DNA of 64,000 bases from Spirochaetia bacterium. GTDB lineage: Bacteria; Spirochaetota; Spirochaetia; SZUA-6; Bin103. The notes under the pieces are model-generated. The model did no database searches. It was given only the letters and a program-made list of their open reading frames with translations, and was not told where the DNA came from. Positions 18,724-28,805 of the stretch are shown here, piece by piece. A program made the translations under genes and the position numbers. Where the stretch lies: the NCBI GenBank assembly GCA_965208575.1, contig CBDBOV010000002.1, positions 608,001-672,000 on the forward strand, in the 5' to 3' direction. Within the stretch, counting starts at the first letter, position 1; the number at the start of each line of letters is the position of its first letter.

Positions 18724-19840
18724 CGCCGCTGCCCGAATAGCGGATGCGCGGATCGATCACCGCCAGCAGCACGTCGGCGGCGATCATGCCGGCCAGAACG
18801 AGGAGGCTGGTGAACATGATCGCCGCCAACACCAGGTTGATGTCCTCCTGGCGCACCGCCTCGAACATCAGCCGTCCCAGCCCCGGGTAGGAGAAGATGA
18901 TTTCCAGGATCAACGATCCCGAGAACATGCCCGCGAACAGGTCGGCGCTGCTGGTGATGTAGGGGTTGAGCGTGTTGCGGAACGCGTGCACCACGTGTAT
19001 CCGCGTCTCGCTGATGCCGCGCGAGCGCAGCGCGGTCACGTAGGGCTGGCCGAGCTGATCCAGCATCGTGGCGCGGATGTAGCGCATGGTGCCGCCTACC
19101 GCGCCCAGGAACCCTGCTACCAGCGGCAGGGTGATGTGGTGCAGGTAGCTGAACGAGAACCGCAGCGGCGCCTCCCGGTAGGGGAAGTCGGGATAGGCGG
19201 TGATCGGGAACCAGCCGCTGACCGCGGCGAACAGTTGCAGCAGGATCAGCAGCAGGATGCCGGGAAAGGCGTGCAGCAGCAGCGCGGTGAAGGACGCCCC
19301 CAGGTCCACCCGGGTGCCCACCTTGGAGGAGAAGTAGAGGGCGGTGGAGAACGACGCCAGGGTAAGGAATACCAGCGAGATCAGGTTGAGAATGATCGTA
19401 TTGACCATGCGCGACTGGATCAGGAACAGGATCGGTGCGCGCGACACCAGCGACCGGCCCAGGTCGCGTTCCACCACCACCTGGTACAGCCAGCGGGCGT
19501 ACTGGGCGTAGAACGGCAGGTCGAGGCCCAGGCGCGCCTTGGCGGCCGCGATCTGCTCCTCGGTGTACACGTTGTCCGCCTGCCGGTCGGCGGACATCAG
19601 CAGTTGCGCCCTGATGTAGTTCTCGACCATGTCGCCCGGCGCCAGCTTCATCAGCCCGAACACCGCCAGGCCCAGCACCAGCAGGATGCCCACCAGCGAC
19701 GCCAGCCGGTTGGCCAGGAAATAGAGCAGCGGAAAGCGGCGCCGCCGGGTGGCGGCGGGCCGTGGACGGGCGCCGGCCGAGGCGGCGGCGACGGGCGTGC
19801 CGGCCGCCTCCGGCCGCGAGCGGTCAGCACTCACGGTCAC
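18716..19840 (-). CDS. Opp/Dpp ABC permease (OppB-like)
   Basis: LAPGD, LGLDLP, H.TLP, HAFRN, EIIFSYPGLG. Confidence 0.92.
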   Translation of the reverse strand: MTVSADRSRPEAAGTPVAAASAGARPRPAATRRRRFPLLYFLANRLASLVGILLVLGLAVFGLMKLAPGDMVENYIRAQLLMSADRQADNVYTEEQIAAAKARLGLDLPFYAQYARWLYQVVVERDLGRSLVSRAPILFLIQSRMVNTIILNLISLVFLTLASFSTALYFSSKVGTRVDLGASFTALLLHAFPGILLLILLQLFAAVSGWFPITAYPDFPYREAPLRFSFSYLHHITLPLVAGFLGAVGGTMRYIRATMLDQLGQPYVTALRSRGISETRIHVVHAFRNTLNPYITSSADLFAGMFSGSLILEIIFSYPGLGRLMFEAVRQEDINLVLAAIMFTSLLVLAGMIAADVLLAVIDPRIRYSGSGDG

Positions 19841-19965
19841 ACCGTAGAGCCACGGTCACCCCGTGCGTCGGCGCGGTCACTGCGTGACACCGGAGACGAC
19901 GAAGCGCACCCCGCCGGCGTCGCGAGTGTCTCATCGCCGGCCCGCTCCGCCGCCGCGCTCCGCCG

Positions 19966-21846
19966 CTACTCGCCGTCGGGCAGGTAGAGGTAGGTGGAGT
20001 CGAGGCCGTTCAGGGTGTCGTAGAACACGTTGGCCCACTTGTCGCGCACCGCCAGGAACGACAGCGGGTACACGACGTAGATCATCGGCGCCTGGTCGAG
20101 CAGCAGCCTCTGGTACTCGTCGTAGATCGCCTTCGCCTTCTCCTTGTCAATGGTGAACCGCCCCTCGTTGTAGAGGTGGTCGACGCGCGCCTCCCACTCG
20201 GTGTACGGCTCCTCCTGCAGCGGGTGCCACAGGTGGAAGTTGCCCTTCGACTGCCACACGTTGCTGCCCCCCTCCGGCCAGTAGTTGGAGCCGAGCGAGG
20301 CGGTGGCCACGTGCCAGTCGTAGGTGCTGGTGAGCATCTCGACCAGCTTCTGGAAGTCGATCGGGCGCACGTTGCCGGTGATGCCGATCTGCTTCAGTTC
20401 GTCGGAGAAGATGTTCATGATGTCCACGCCGACGTTGTTGGAAGCGCCGACGTGGATGTTGAACTCGATGTGGTTGCCGTCGGCGTCCTCCATCAGCCCC
20501 TCCGCGTTGGGCCGAATGCCGATCCCGGCCAGCAGTTCGCGCGCCCGGTCGGGGTCGTAGTCGAAGCGCTGCCGGATCGACTCGTCGAAGTAGGGGTTGG
20601 CGCGGGCGAAGAAGTGCAGCGCCGGCTCGGCCAGCCCGCGGTACACCTGGCTGGCGATGCGGTCGCGGTTGAGCACCGAGCTCATCGCCTGGCGGAACTC
20701 GGTCTGGCTGAACCAACGGTATACCAGCGGGTCCATGGTGTCGGGATTCTGGTTGAAGGCGACGAACGAAGACCCCAGCGTGGCGCCGCCGTTGTAGACG
20801 GTGTAGTCGGGATCCTCGGCGTCGAGCAGCTCGTCCAGGTCCTCGGGGCGCACCGAGTAGGCGTCCTTGTTGCCCTCCTTGAACAGCAGGAACTCGGTGT
20901 TGCGGTCGGGCACGATCTGGTAGACGGCGCGCTCGATGTAGGGCAGCGAGACGCCGGCCTCGTCCTTCTTCCAGTAGTGCGGGTTGCGCACCGCCACCAC
21001 GCGCACGCCGGGTTCGTACTCGGCGATGTAGTAGCCGCCGATGGAGGGGACGGTGGCGGGATCGGTGTCGATGCTGAACAGGTTGAGCACGCCCTCGGCG
21101 CCGCCTTCCTGCTTGGCCGGCTCGTAGAGGTAGCGCGGGCCGAAATCCATGTTGGTGGACAGGATCGGGTTGGCGACGATGCGCGGGTAGTGGAACGCGA
21201 CGGTACGGTCGTCGATCTTCTGCACCGCGATGCGCGCCTCGGAGCCGTCGGCCATCTCGATGAACTGGCCGGCGTAGCCCGGCTGCTGCAGCTCCTGGTC
21301 GCCCTCGATCTCGTCGTACCAGAACACGATGTCGTCGGAGGTCACCTTCACGCGCGTGTCGGGGTCGGCGAGGGTGGTCCAGTACAGGTCGTCACGCAGG
21401 GTGTAGATCACCGACAGCGTGTCGGCCGCCTCGTCCGCCACCACCTCGAAGCTGGCCAGGTTGGGCAGGAACTCGCGCGTGCACGGGTCGTAGTCGGCCA
21501 GGTAGTCGAACAGCACGCCGACCACCGCGCCGGTGTCGCCGTCGCGCGCGAGCATGGTGTTGAAGCTCTTGGGATCGTTGTTGATGGAGGTGAGCCAGGT
21601 GCCGCCGACCTTGCCCAGGGCGAACTCCTGGCAGCCGTGCCGCTCGGTGGTCTTGGCCAGGATCTCGGCGCGCGCCTTCTCGCGCTCGCTCATCGCCTCG
21701 CCTTCGGACATCTCCTCGTCCGCGGCGCCGGCCGCCCACAGCATGCCGGCGGGCAGCAGGATCATGGCCAGCACGGCCGGCACGGTTTGCCAGGTGGAGC
21801 GCGCGGCACGCCGGCCGCGGCGGGGGAACGGAAGCAGTTTGTACAT
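19966..21846 (-). CDS. Family 5 ABC substrate-binding protein
   Basis: Signal-like N-terminus, DPKSFN, LRDDLYW, DIVF, RNPHYW, FRQAMS..LNR. Confidence 0.9.
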   Translation of the reverse strand: MYKLLPFPRRGRRAARSTWQTVPAVLAMILLPAGMLWAAGAADEEMSEGEAMSEREKARAEILAKTTERHGCQEFALGKVGGTWLTSINNDPKSFNTMLARDGDTGAVVGVLFDYLADYDPCTREFLPNLASFEVVADEAADTLSVIYTLRDDLYWTTLADPDTRVKVTSDDIVFWYDEIEGDQELQQPGYAGQFIEMADGSEARIAVQKIDDRTVAFHYPRIVANPILSTNMDFGPRYLYEPAKQEGGAEGVLNLFSIDTDPATVPSIGGYYIAEYEPGVRVVAVRNPHYWKKDEAGVSLPYIERAVYQIVPDRNTEFLLFKEGNKDAYSVRPEDLDELLDAEDPDYTVYNGGATLGSSFVAFNQNPDTMDPLVYRWFSQTEFRQAMSSVLNRDRIASQVYRGLAEPALHFFARANPYFDESIRQRFDYDPDRARELLAGIGIRPNAEGLMEDADGNHIEFNIHVGASNNVGVDIMNIFSDELKQIGITGNVRPIDFQKLVEMLTSTYDWHVATASLGSNYWPEGGSNVWQSKGNFHLWHPLQEEPYTEWEARVDHLYNEGRFTIDKEKAKAIYDEYQRLLLDQAPMIYVVYPLSFLAVRDKWANVFYDTLNGLDSTYLYLPDGE

Positions 21847-22018
21847 GCCCACCAGTGTACCGCACAGAGCGCCTCTGCAATCAAACACCACGTTAATTAT
21901 CCGCAACCCCGGTATAATACGTGGCGGCGCCATGAGCGGACGGGCGAGCGGCGCACGGAGCAGGCCGTCCGCTTGCGCCAGTCGCGGTGACGATGCGGCG
22001 CAGCTTCAGGCGCCGCTG

Positions 22019-22405
22019 TCAGGCGGCCGCGGTGTCCGGCTGCATGAGGCCGAAGATGTTGCCCTCGGGGTCGTGGCAGTAGGCCAGCCAGCCCACCCCC
22101 TTGACCGCCAGCTTGGGTACCGCGACGGTGCCGCCGGCAGCGGTTGCGCTCGCCACGGAGCGGTCGAGGTCGTCCACCTGCACCGTGCACACGTAGCCGC
22201 TCACCGGCGCGCCGGCCGCCGGCGGGTCGCCCCGGCGCCGCAGGATGGCGCCGTCGATGCCGCGCTCCTCGGCGCGGCCGGTGGTGAGCAGCCAGTACTC
22301 CTCGCTGCCCCACCGCTGTGCGCTCCACCCGAACACCTGCTCGTAAAACCGTACCGCGCGCTCCGGTTCCTGCGCGTGAATCTCAAAGTGTACCACTCGT
22401 GGCAT
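22019..22405 (-). CDS. VOC/glyoxalase family protein
   Basis: VVHFEI..PERA..FY..VFGW; GVGWLAY..DPEGNIFGL. Confidence 0.9.
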   Translation of the reverse strand: MPRVVHFEIHAQEPERAVRFYEQVFGWSAQRWGSEEYWLLTTGRAEERGIDGAILRRRGDPPAAGAPVSGYVCTVQVDDLDRSVASATAAGGTVAVPKLAVKGVGWLAYCHDPEGNIFGLMQPDTAAA

Positions 22406-22408
22406 GGT

Positions 22409-23350
22409 TCAGGCTACCTGACCGCGTTTGATGTTCGCAAGATGCCGGTCGAGCGTGGTCTCGACTTGCGGCTTCCCCGCTATCGTGTCGTCGTAGAAAA
22501 TCACCCGATAGCCGCTGATGTCGAATGGCAAGTCACCACCGCGACGGGCCAGCAGGACCGTCGGTTTTTCGAGCGCATGAGCGTATCCAAGCTCGTAGAA
22601 CACGTTGGGATTGGGTGGTGTCACTTCGGCAATCACCAAGTCGGAGTCCAGCAATCCGTTGATGATATCCTGCAGGACTATTCCCGGACGAAAAACGTCG
22701 TCGGCACGCTGTACCTGGAAACCACTCTTTTCGCAGACCGGCCTGATCACCTCTCGATACAGGTTGTCGTACGTTTCTTCGAACTTCATCACCACGAATG
22801 CCTTGGGAGGGCTCCCGTCTACCGAAAAACCATCAAACCTGACTTCGCCGGATCCCGATGCGAACAAGCCGGTCTGAGCGCCGCTCGGCGGGTGTGGTAA
22901 TGCCTGGCTGATGACACGGATCCCGTCTACCGTCAGAGACACGTTCCTGCCTCGAAGCTGGACGTCGATATCATACCACCTGTCACTCTCGAGTTGATCT
23001 GCGCTCCCCTTCCGTGAGATTGACTCGTACCGCCTCTGGTCGGATTCGAATGCGTCGACGGTGTAGGCGGATTCATACCCACCGAGCCCGACTGAATAGT
23101 GGCGCTCGGACGCTGCATCGTAGCCAAGCAGGATACGCCCGATGCCGTTCCTCGGGTCGCTCAGGAGCACTCTCGCAGAGATGCGGCCGCTAGCCAAAGT
23201 GTCGGGTGCGAGCGCTATGCCAACCGCTTCATGTGAGGATCCATGGTACGTGGCGGAACGCCCCCTGAACGACCACTTGCCGTCCAAAGCCGCCCACCAC
23301 ATGCGCGCTCTTTCCTTGCTGTCCATTGCGAGCCGTTTCTTACCATGCAT
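22409..23350 (-). CDS. Beta-sandwich (DUF1080/ConA-like) plus C-terminal nucleoside 2-deoxyribosyltransferase-like domain protein
   Basis: C-terminal AFVVMKF, RADD, DLVIAEVT..NPNVFYELGYAHAL.KP, LPFDI; beta-rich N-domain with WYDIDV..RG..VSL.VDG and G.F......V.FD. Confidence 0.7.
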   Translation of the reverse strand: MHGKKRLAMDSKERARMWWAALDGKWSFRGRSATYHGSSHEAVGIALAPDTLASGRISARVLLSDPRNGIGRILLGYDAASERHYSVGLGGYESAYTVDAFESDQRRYESISRKGSADQLESDRWYDIDVQLRGRNVSLTVDGIRVISQALPHPPSGAQTGLFASGSGEVRFDGFSVDGSPPKAFVVMKFEETYDNLYREVIRPVCEKSGFQVQRADDVFRPGIVLQDIINGLLDSDLVIAEVTPPNPNVFYELGYAHALEKPTVLLARRGGDLPFDISGYRVIFYDDTIAGKPQVETTLDRHLANIKRGQVA

Positions 23351-24488
23351 CGCACCGCTCGCCCGGCGCAACGGCGAGGCGGGCGTAGCCCAGGTTGTCC
23401 AGGATTTGGTACACGCTGTCCGCGATCAGGGACACCTGGCGGTCGCGCAACTGGTCGAGCAGCGGGCCGAAGAACACGTTGGCGTCGCCGCGCCCGGCCG
23501 CGTCCGGGTACCGCGGTGCGCCGTGCGCCGCGAAGCCGGTGGGGTAGCCGCGCTCCGCGTCGTGGGCGCCGTGCATGGCCGCCGCTTCCGCAAGCAGGCG
23601 GCGGCCGATCTCCTGCGGGATATAGCTGAACGCGTTCATCGCGACCACGCCCAGTTCGCCAAGGCGGCGCTGCTCGGGTACCGCCAGCCGGCGCACCGAG
23701 CTGAAGCCGTGCACGACCAGCCGGTGGCCGGTACCGCGCGCCGCCAGCTCCTCCAGCACCCGCCACTGCACCCCCACCTGGCGCGCGGTCACCGACTCGG
23801 TGCCGATGTTGGGCACCACCAGTTCGAAGCCGGTGCGCGCGAGGTAGTCCGCGATCTGGTCGGGGCTGGAGGCCGCGCTCTCGTCCAGCCCCATGCCGCC
23901 GGCGGCAACTTCCTCCAGGCACCCTTCCATCACCTTCCTGCGGCCGGAATCCTCGACGAAGCGGCGGTACGCGATGGAACTGGCCACGTTGTCCGCAAAC
24001 GGGGAGTGAGTGTCGTCGAACATCACGCTCGAGAACAGGTCGATGAACTCCAGGTCGCGCAGCAGCTCGTCCCGGGAACGCACGCCGCCGGGCAGGGTGT
24101 GGTGGCCGTGGTCGTAGTGATGGGTTACGTGGACGGCGCCGTAGTCGGGGTCGGCGGCGTCGGTCAGGGTGGCCAGGAAGCCGGTGGCCAGCCGTGCGTT
24201 GCGCAGCAGCCGCTGCCGGTAAACCGCCGGGTCGTCGCCGCCGGAGGGCAGCCGGTGGCCGGCGTGCAGGTAGCGCGGCAGCATCTGGAAGATGTAGTGG
24301 CCGACCGTGCTGAACACGCCGAGCGGCAACTCGGCGATGCGGTGCTCGCGGGCGAAGCGGGCGGCGCCGTCCACGATGCCGAGCAGGTGATGCTGGTCGC
24401 TGTAGCCGATGCGCGCCATGGTGAGGCCGGCGCCGGCGCAGCGCCGGTACAGTGCCGCGGTAGGCTCGTAGTCGAGGATCAGCGGCAT
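23340..24488 (-). CDS. Divergent class II fructose-bisphosphate aldolase-family protein
   Basis: HYDHG, SSVMFD, EG.LEE, NIGTE, LVVHG. Confidence 0.75.
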   Translation of the reverse strand: MPLILDYEPTAALYRRCAGAGLTMARIGYSDQHHLLGIVDGAARFAREHRIAELPLGVFSTVGHYIFQMLPRYLHAGHRLPSGGDDPAVYRQRLLRNARLATGFLATLTDAADPDYGAVHVTHHYDHGHHTLPGGVRSRDELLRDLEFIDLFSSVMFDDTHSPFADNVASSIAYRRFVEDSGRRKVMEGCLEEVAAGGMGLDESAASSPDQIADYLARTGFELVVPNIGTESVTARQVGVQWRVLEELAARGTGHRLVVHGFSSVRRLAVPEQRRLGELGVVAMNAFSYIPQEIGRRLLAEAAAMHGAHDAERGYPTGFAAHGAPRYPDAAGRGDANVFFGPLLDQLRDRQVSLIADSVYQILDNLGYARLAVAPGERCDAW

Positions 24489-24794
24489 GGTGGTGGTGCC
24501 AGTGCGGTCAGGCCTGCAAGGAGCGACGATTCGTAGCGGCACAACGATAGGGTTTCGCTCGGGCACGATGCCACGACGAAACGGGCGGAAGTGTCCATGT
24601 CGCGATGGTAGTCGGTTGCGGCGGTTGGCGTCTCGCCGCCGGTCTGGTGGGCGATTACCGTCGTGGTCGGCGATGCAGGACCATGGATTAGCCGGGTCGG
24701 TCTGGCGGACGCATCATCAGAGACATAGGTTGGCCAGAGATGTTGAATGTGAATCGACCCATGACAACCGAGAGTTGTGCGATGATCAGAGGGT

Positions 24795-25742
24795 TCAACG
24801 ACCACGAATGGTACCTACCAACACATCGCCAGGATCTTGTTCACACTGAGTCAACAACTCGACTGCATCAGACAAATGACCTTTTTTCCCGTCTCCGTTG
24901 TGCTTGTCAAACTTCCAGGGTGCTTGGGTCAGTTCATTTGGTTTCCTGAAGTGCTTCCCACTTGGATGGATTTTGGTTCGGCTGATTATGTATCGCTTCC
25001 CGTCGCTTGACAATATAGGCTTGTCTATCCAGACTAAACGCGCGCGAAAGAGCCAATTCGCCGTATGTTCGACTAGTTGATACCAGTTCTTCAATTCACA
25101 TTCCTTACCATCAGAGAATCGAATGCGTGCTCCAGGTCTCCTGCCTAACCCTCTATTGTCCCAGTCGGACAACCTGAACCAGCCGTCGGTCGCTGGCGTT
25201 TTCGTGGTGGGCCAGAAACGCACATGACCAGCGGGTACTGGTGGAACAACTTTGAAATCGGGACGCCAGAGCTGTGAGAGTGCCAATGCGCATTCTCCCG
25301 TCTGAGAATCGGAGATCGATACTTCGAACACTTTTTGCTCTTGAGTGTCGTTCTCAGCGGCTCCAATACCGTGGTACAACCTCCAAAAGTCTCCATTTGT
25401 AAGGATATAGTGCTCCGTTCCGAATCTATTCTGCAGAGCTAAAGCGTCTGCTTTCAGCTTGCCGATGAAATTCCCGAGATCCTCGTTTAATCTCTTGGCC
25501 TCTATGCCTGCCAACGGCGTTCCATCCTCGCCCACCAGGACGTAGTCGAGCAGGTTGCTTCCACATTCGAATTCCAGTTTCACCTGAGACGGATCGGCAA
25601 CGTTCCATCCGAGAGCACGAAGCATCGGATCGATCAACGAAACGCGAGTGCGCGTTTCTTTTCCACGGACATAGTCACGGGTTTCTTCTGCGTTGATAAG
25701 GAGCCGTTGTCGCTCAATTTCTTTCTTCAATTGGTCGAACAT
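24795..25742 (-). CDS. Stand-alone HsdR-N-like PD-(D/E)XK nuclease with an extra C-terminal domain
   Basis: E..TR..LIDP.L.ALGW, DY.L, IEAK, ILTNG..W.LY; markedly lower GC. Confidence 0.75.
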   Translation of the reverse strand: MFDQLKKEIERQRLLINAEETRDYVRGKETRTRVSLIDPMLRALGWNVADPSQVKLEFECGSNLLDYVLVGEDGTPLAGIEAKRLNEDLGNFIGKLKADALALQNRFGTEHYILTNGDFWRLYHGIGAAENDTQEQKVFEVSISDSQTGECALALSQLWRPDFKVVPPVPAGHVRFWPTTKTPATDGWFRLSDWDNRGLGRRPGARIRFSDGKECELKNWYQLVEHTANWLFRARLVWIDKPILSSDGKRYIISRTKIHPSGKHFRKPNELTQAPWKFDKHNGDGKKGHLSDAVELLTQCEQDPGDVLVGTIRGR

Positions 25743-25805
25743 GACTTCGCCACCTTATGACGAAGTCCATTGTTGATCAAGCCGATAAGCTTAGGACCTC
25801 TCCGT

Positions 25806-26855
25806 TCAGGGAAAGGCGGGCTTTCGCAGGCCGGGGACACCCGCGGCGGGGACGGCGTGGCGCACCGCGTTACGGATCGCCTCGCTGACGCACGCCACCG
25901 CCTGCACGGCGACCAGGTCGAACGGCGCCTCGCGGGTGCCGGCGGCGAGGGCGTAGGCGGCGTCGCCGTCGTGGTCGGTGTGGGCCGGCAGCACCGCGCG
26001 CGCGATACCGTCGTGCGCACGCTGCGCCAGCCGGGCGGCCTGCGGCTTGTTCAGGGTGGCGTCGGTAAGCACCGCGGCCAGGGTGGTGTTGGTGCCGGGA
26101 AACAATTCGCGCCGCGGCAGCCAGCGCTCCGGCGTGGCCGCCGCCAGCCAGCGGCCGTCGGCATCGCGGGCGCCGGCCAGCACGCCGCCGTCCTTGGCCA
26201 CCACGTCGCCCACCGGGTTCGCCACCACCAGCGCGGCCACCCAGGCTCGCTGCGCCCACCGCTCGGCGTAGCCGACGCCGCCCTTCATCATCGCCGCCGG
26301 CCCGGCCCACTTGCCGACGCTCGCGCCGGCGCCGGCGCCGGCGTTGCCCTGCGCGGCCGGCGGCAGCGGCAGCGCGCGCGCCGCCCGGCACGCCGCGTAG
26401 CCCAGCTCCGCGTCGGGATGCGCCGCGCCGCCGGACAGCAGCAGGTCGTAGATCACGCTCGCCGCGACCAGGGGAATCGGCTTCACGGGGGTCGGATGGC
26501 CGACGCCGTGCTCCGCCAGGTAGCGCATCACGCCGTCCGCGGCGGCCAGGCCGAACGCGCTGCCGCCGGTGAACAGCAGCGCGTCCAGGCGGGCGATCGG
26601 CTTGTCCGGCGCCAGCAGATCCGTCTCCCGCGACCCGGGAGCCGGTCCGCGCACGTCCACCCCGGCCACGGTGCCGGGCGGACACAGGATGGCGGTGCAG
26701 CCGGTGTGGTGCTTGCGCCGCTCGGCATGGCCGACCAGGAAGCCGCTCGCGGTGATCGCCGGGACGTGAGGCAGTACGGTCGCCGCGCGACCGGGAAGAC
26801 GCTGGGAACCGATGTCCAGGCCTCGCCCGCCGGCCGGCTCTTGCGGATCAGGCAC
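25806..26855 (-). CDS. P1/S58 (DmpA-like) peptidase
   Basis: TGCT, VDVRG.APGSRETDLL, TGGSAFGL, NTTL, HT..DGD. Confidence 0.9.
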   Translation of the reverse strand: MPDPQEPAGGRGLDIGSQRLPGRAATVLPHVPAITASGFLVGHAERRKHHTGCTAILCPPGTVAGVDVRGPAPGSRETDLLAPDKPIARLDALLFTGGSAFGLAAADGVMRYLAEHGVGHPTPVKPIPLVAASVIYDLLLSGGAAHPDAELGYAACRAARALPLPPAAQGNAGAGAGASVGKWAGPAAMMKGGVGYAERWAQRAWVAALVVANPVGDVVAKDGGVLAGARDADGRWLAAATPERWLPRRELFPGTNTTLAAVLTDATLNKPQAARLAQRAHDGIARAVLPAHTDHDGDAAYALAAGTREAPFDLVAVQAVACVSEAIRNAVRHAVPAAGVPGLRKPAFP

Positions 26856-26867
26856 GATGGGCCTGGG

Positions 26868-27401
26868 TCAGGTGTGCGCGTTCAGCAGTCGCCGCAGGTA
26901 GGTGGCCTGGCCGGTGTGGGCGGCGGTGTCGAGCAGGAAGTGGTCCAGGAACCACCAGCCGGAGCACTCGCGGTCGTTCCAGTTGTAGTAGCGCTTGCCG
27001 GCCCACTGGTTGTGGTGATCTACCACGAACCCGCGCAACGCGTGCCAGGCGCGGTTGAGGTAGGCGACGTGGTCGGCGCCGGTGGGCCCCGGGCCGGCGG
27101 CGGCGCGGTCGAAGTCGAAGGTCAGGAAGCCCCAGCGGTAGGGGCGCCCGGTAGCCGGCTGGAACCCGTCGGGCACCGGAAAGCCGGATTCGTTGAGGTT
27201 TACCGGCACGCGGGCACCGGAGAGCTGTCCGAAACAGAACCAGAACTCGTCCGCGCAGTGACGCACCAACCATCCGATGCCGTTGCGGATGCCGGGCGGG
27301 GTCCACTGCAATTGGGCGGCGTCCAGGTTCGTCGCCTGGCGGGCGAGCCGGCGCTTGAACGACTCCGCTTCGCGTACATACTGAGCAACTCGTTCGTCCA
27401 T
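26868..27401 (-). CDS. DinB family protein
   Basis: N.IGWLVRH....E.W and H...DTA.H.GQ..YLRR. Confidence 0.75.
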   Translation of the reverse strand: MDERVAQYVREAESFKRRLARQATNLDAAQLQWTPPGIRNGIGWLVRHCADEFWFCFGQLSGARVPVNLNESGFPVPDGFQPATGRPYRWGFLTFDFDRAAAGPGPTGADHVAYLNRAWHALRGFVVDHHNQWAGKRYYNWNDRECSGWWFLDHFLLDTAAHTGQATYLRRLLNAHT

Positions 27402-27589
27402 GGCCAGACTGTACCGGGAGGCCGCGCCGGGAGTCACCCGCCTGCCGGCCCGTGGCGCCCGGGGCACCCGGCGGCTGCATGCAAGGTGCGAAACCGGGTT
27501 CCTCCAGGGGCCGTTGGCAACACTATCCACGAGCAAGTCGCCGCGCCAGTCGACACGGCGAAGCGCAAGTCCAGGGCACGGCAGACGGA

Positions 27590-27725
27590 AAAGCAGCGCC
27601 GCCGCGCCGCCGCCGGCGACGTCGCCAGCCTCGTGCAGCGCCAAGTCTCCGGCCACTCCCTCCGCATCGGCACCGCGCAGCGTCTCGCGGCCGCTGGTGC
27701 GAGCGTGCCGGAGCTGATGCAGGCC
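27590..27725 (+). pseudogene. Tyrosine recombinase C-terminal remnant (Cre-like)
   Basis: VSGHSLRIGTAQRLAAAGASVPELMQA (HxxR box); following GRW and catalytic Tyr absent. Confidence 0.65.
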
Positions 27726-27824
27726 ATTACCACGGAAACGACCGCCGCTGGTGGCACCGGCCGAGGGGCTCGCTTTGCCGGCGGGTGACCGGCGCGGGGC
27801 GCTGTGGCATGCTGCGGATACAAC

Positions 27825-28760
27825 ATGCAGCGGTACCTGGTTACCGGCGCGGCGGGCAACCTGGCGCGCCAACTCATGGAGGAACTCGGCAGCAGGGGCA
27901 AGGAGACGTTCGGCATCGACCTGGCGCCCGCCCCCAAGGGACACACGGGCCACTGGCGACAGCTCGACATCACCGACCGCGGCGGCCTGGCGCGGCCGCT
28001 GGAGGAGTTCCAGCCGGAGTGCATCCTGCACATGGCATCGCTGCTGTCGATGTCGTCGGCGGCCGATCCGCGGCGCGCGTGGGAGGTGAACGCCGGCGCG
28101 GCGGTGGCGCTCATGGAGCTGGCGGTGGCGCATGGCGTGCGGCGGTTCTTCTTCCCGAGCACCTCGGCGACCTACGGCGGCGCGCTGCCCGATCCGCTGC
28201 CCGAGGACCACCCGCAGTGGCCGGACAACATCTACGGCGCCACCAAGGTGGCGGTGGAGCGGATGGGCGCCTGCTTCGCCCTGAGCCGCCGCCTCGACTT
28301 CCGCTCCGTGCGCCTGCCGGTCGTGGCCTCGCCGTTCGCGCCTCCGGCCGCGGTCAGCGCCTACGCATCGCACGTGTTCGCCGCCGCCGCGCGCGGCGAG
28401 CCGTTCACCTTCCCGGTGGCGCCGGACGTCGCGGTATCGGTGATCTACGTGCGCGACGTGACCCTCGGCATCCTGAAGCTGGTGGAAGCGCCCGAGGAGC
28501 CGCTGACGCGGCGCGTCTACAATCTGCACGGGTTTGCGGCCAGCGCCGGCGACCTCGCGCAGGCGGCCGCGCAGCGGGTTCCCGGCTTCCGGTACCGCTT
28601 CGAGCCCGCCGACCTGCCCACCCGCATCCTGTCCGTGCAGCCCTCCGTCTACGCCGACGCCGGCGCCCGCCGCGACTGGGGCTGGCAACCCCGCTTCGAC
28701 CTCCCCGCCACCGCCGACGACCTGCTCGCGACTGCGATGGCCACGGCGCAGCCGTGTTGA
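27825..28760 (+). CDS. NAD-dependent epimerase/dehydratase (extended SDR, threonine dehydrogenase-like)
   Basis: LVTGAAGNL, HMAS, YGATK, DFRSVRLP. Confidence 0.88.
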   Translation: MQRYLVTGAAGNLARQLMEELGSRGKETFGIDLAPAPKGHTGHWRQLDITDRGGLARPLEEFQPECILHMASLLSMSSAADPRRAWEVNAGAAVALMELAVAHGVRRFFFPSTSATYGGALPDPLPEDHPQWPDNIYGATKVAVERMGACFALSRRLDFRSVRLPVVASPFAPPAAVSAYASHVFAAAARGEPFTFPVAPDVAVSVIYVRDVTLGILKLVEAPEEPLTRRVYNLHGFAASAGDLAQAAAQRVPGFRYRFEPADLPTRILSVQPSVYADAGARRDWGWQPRFDLPATADDLLATAMATAQPC

Positions 28761-28805
28761 CACGAGCCTTCTGGACAGATAGTACAATAATGGCCAGGAG
28801 GAAGT

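Noticed and set aside
21887-21975. Imperfect hairpins and TATAAT between oppA and the VOC gene as an sRNA
   Set aside because: The stems are short or imperfect and can be explained by promoter or terminator sequence.
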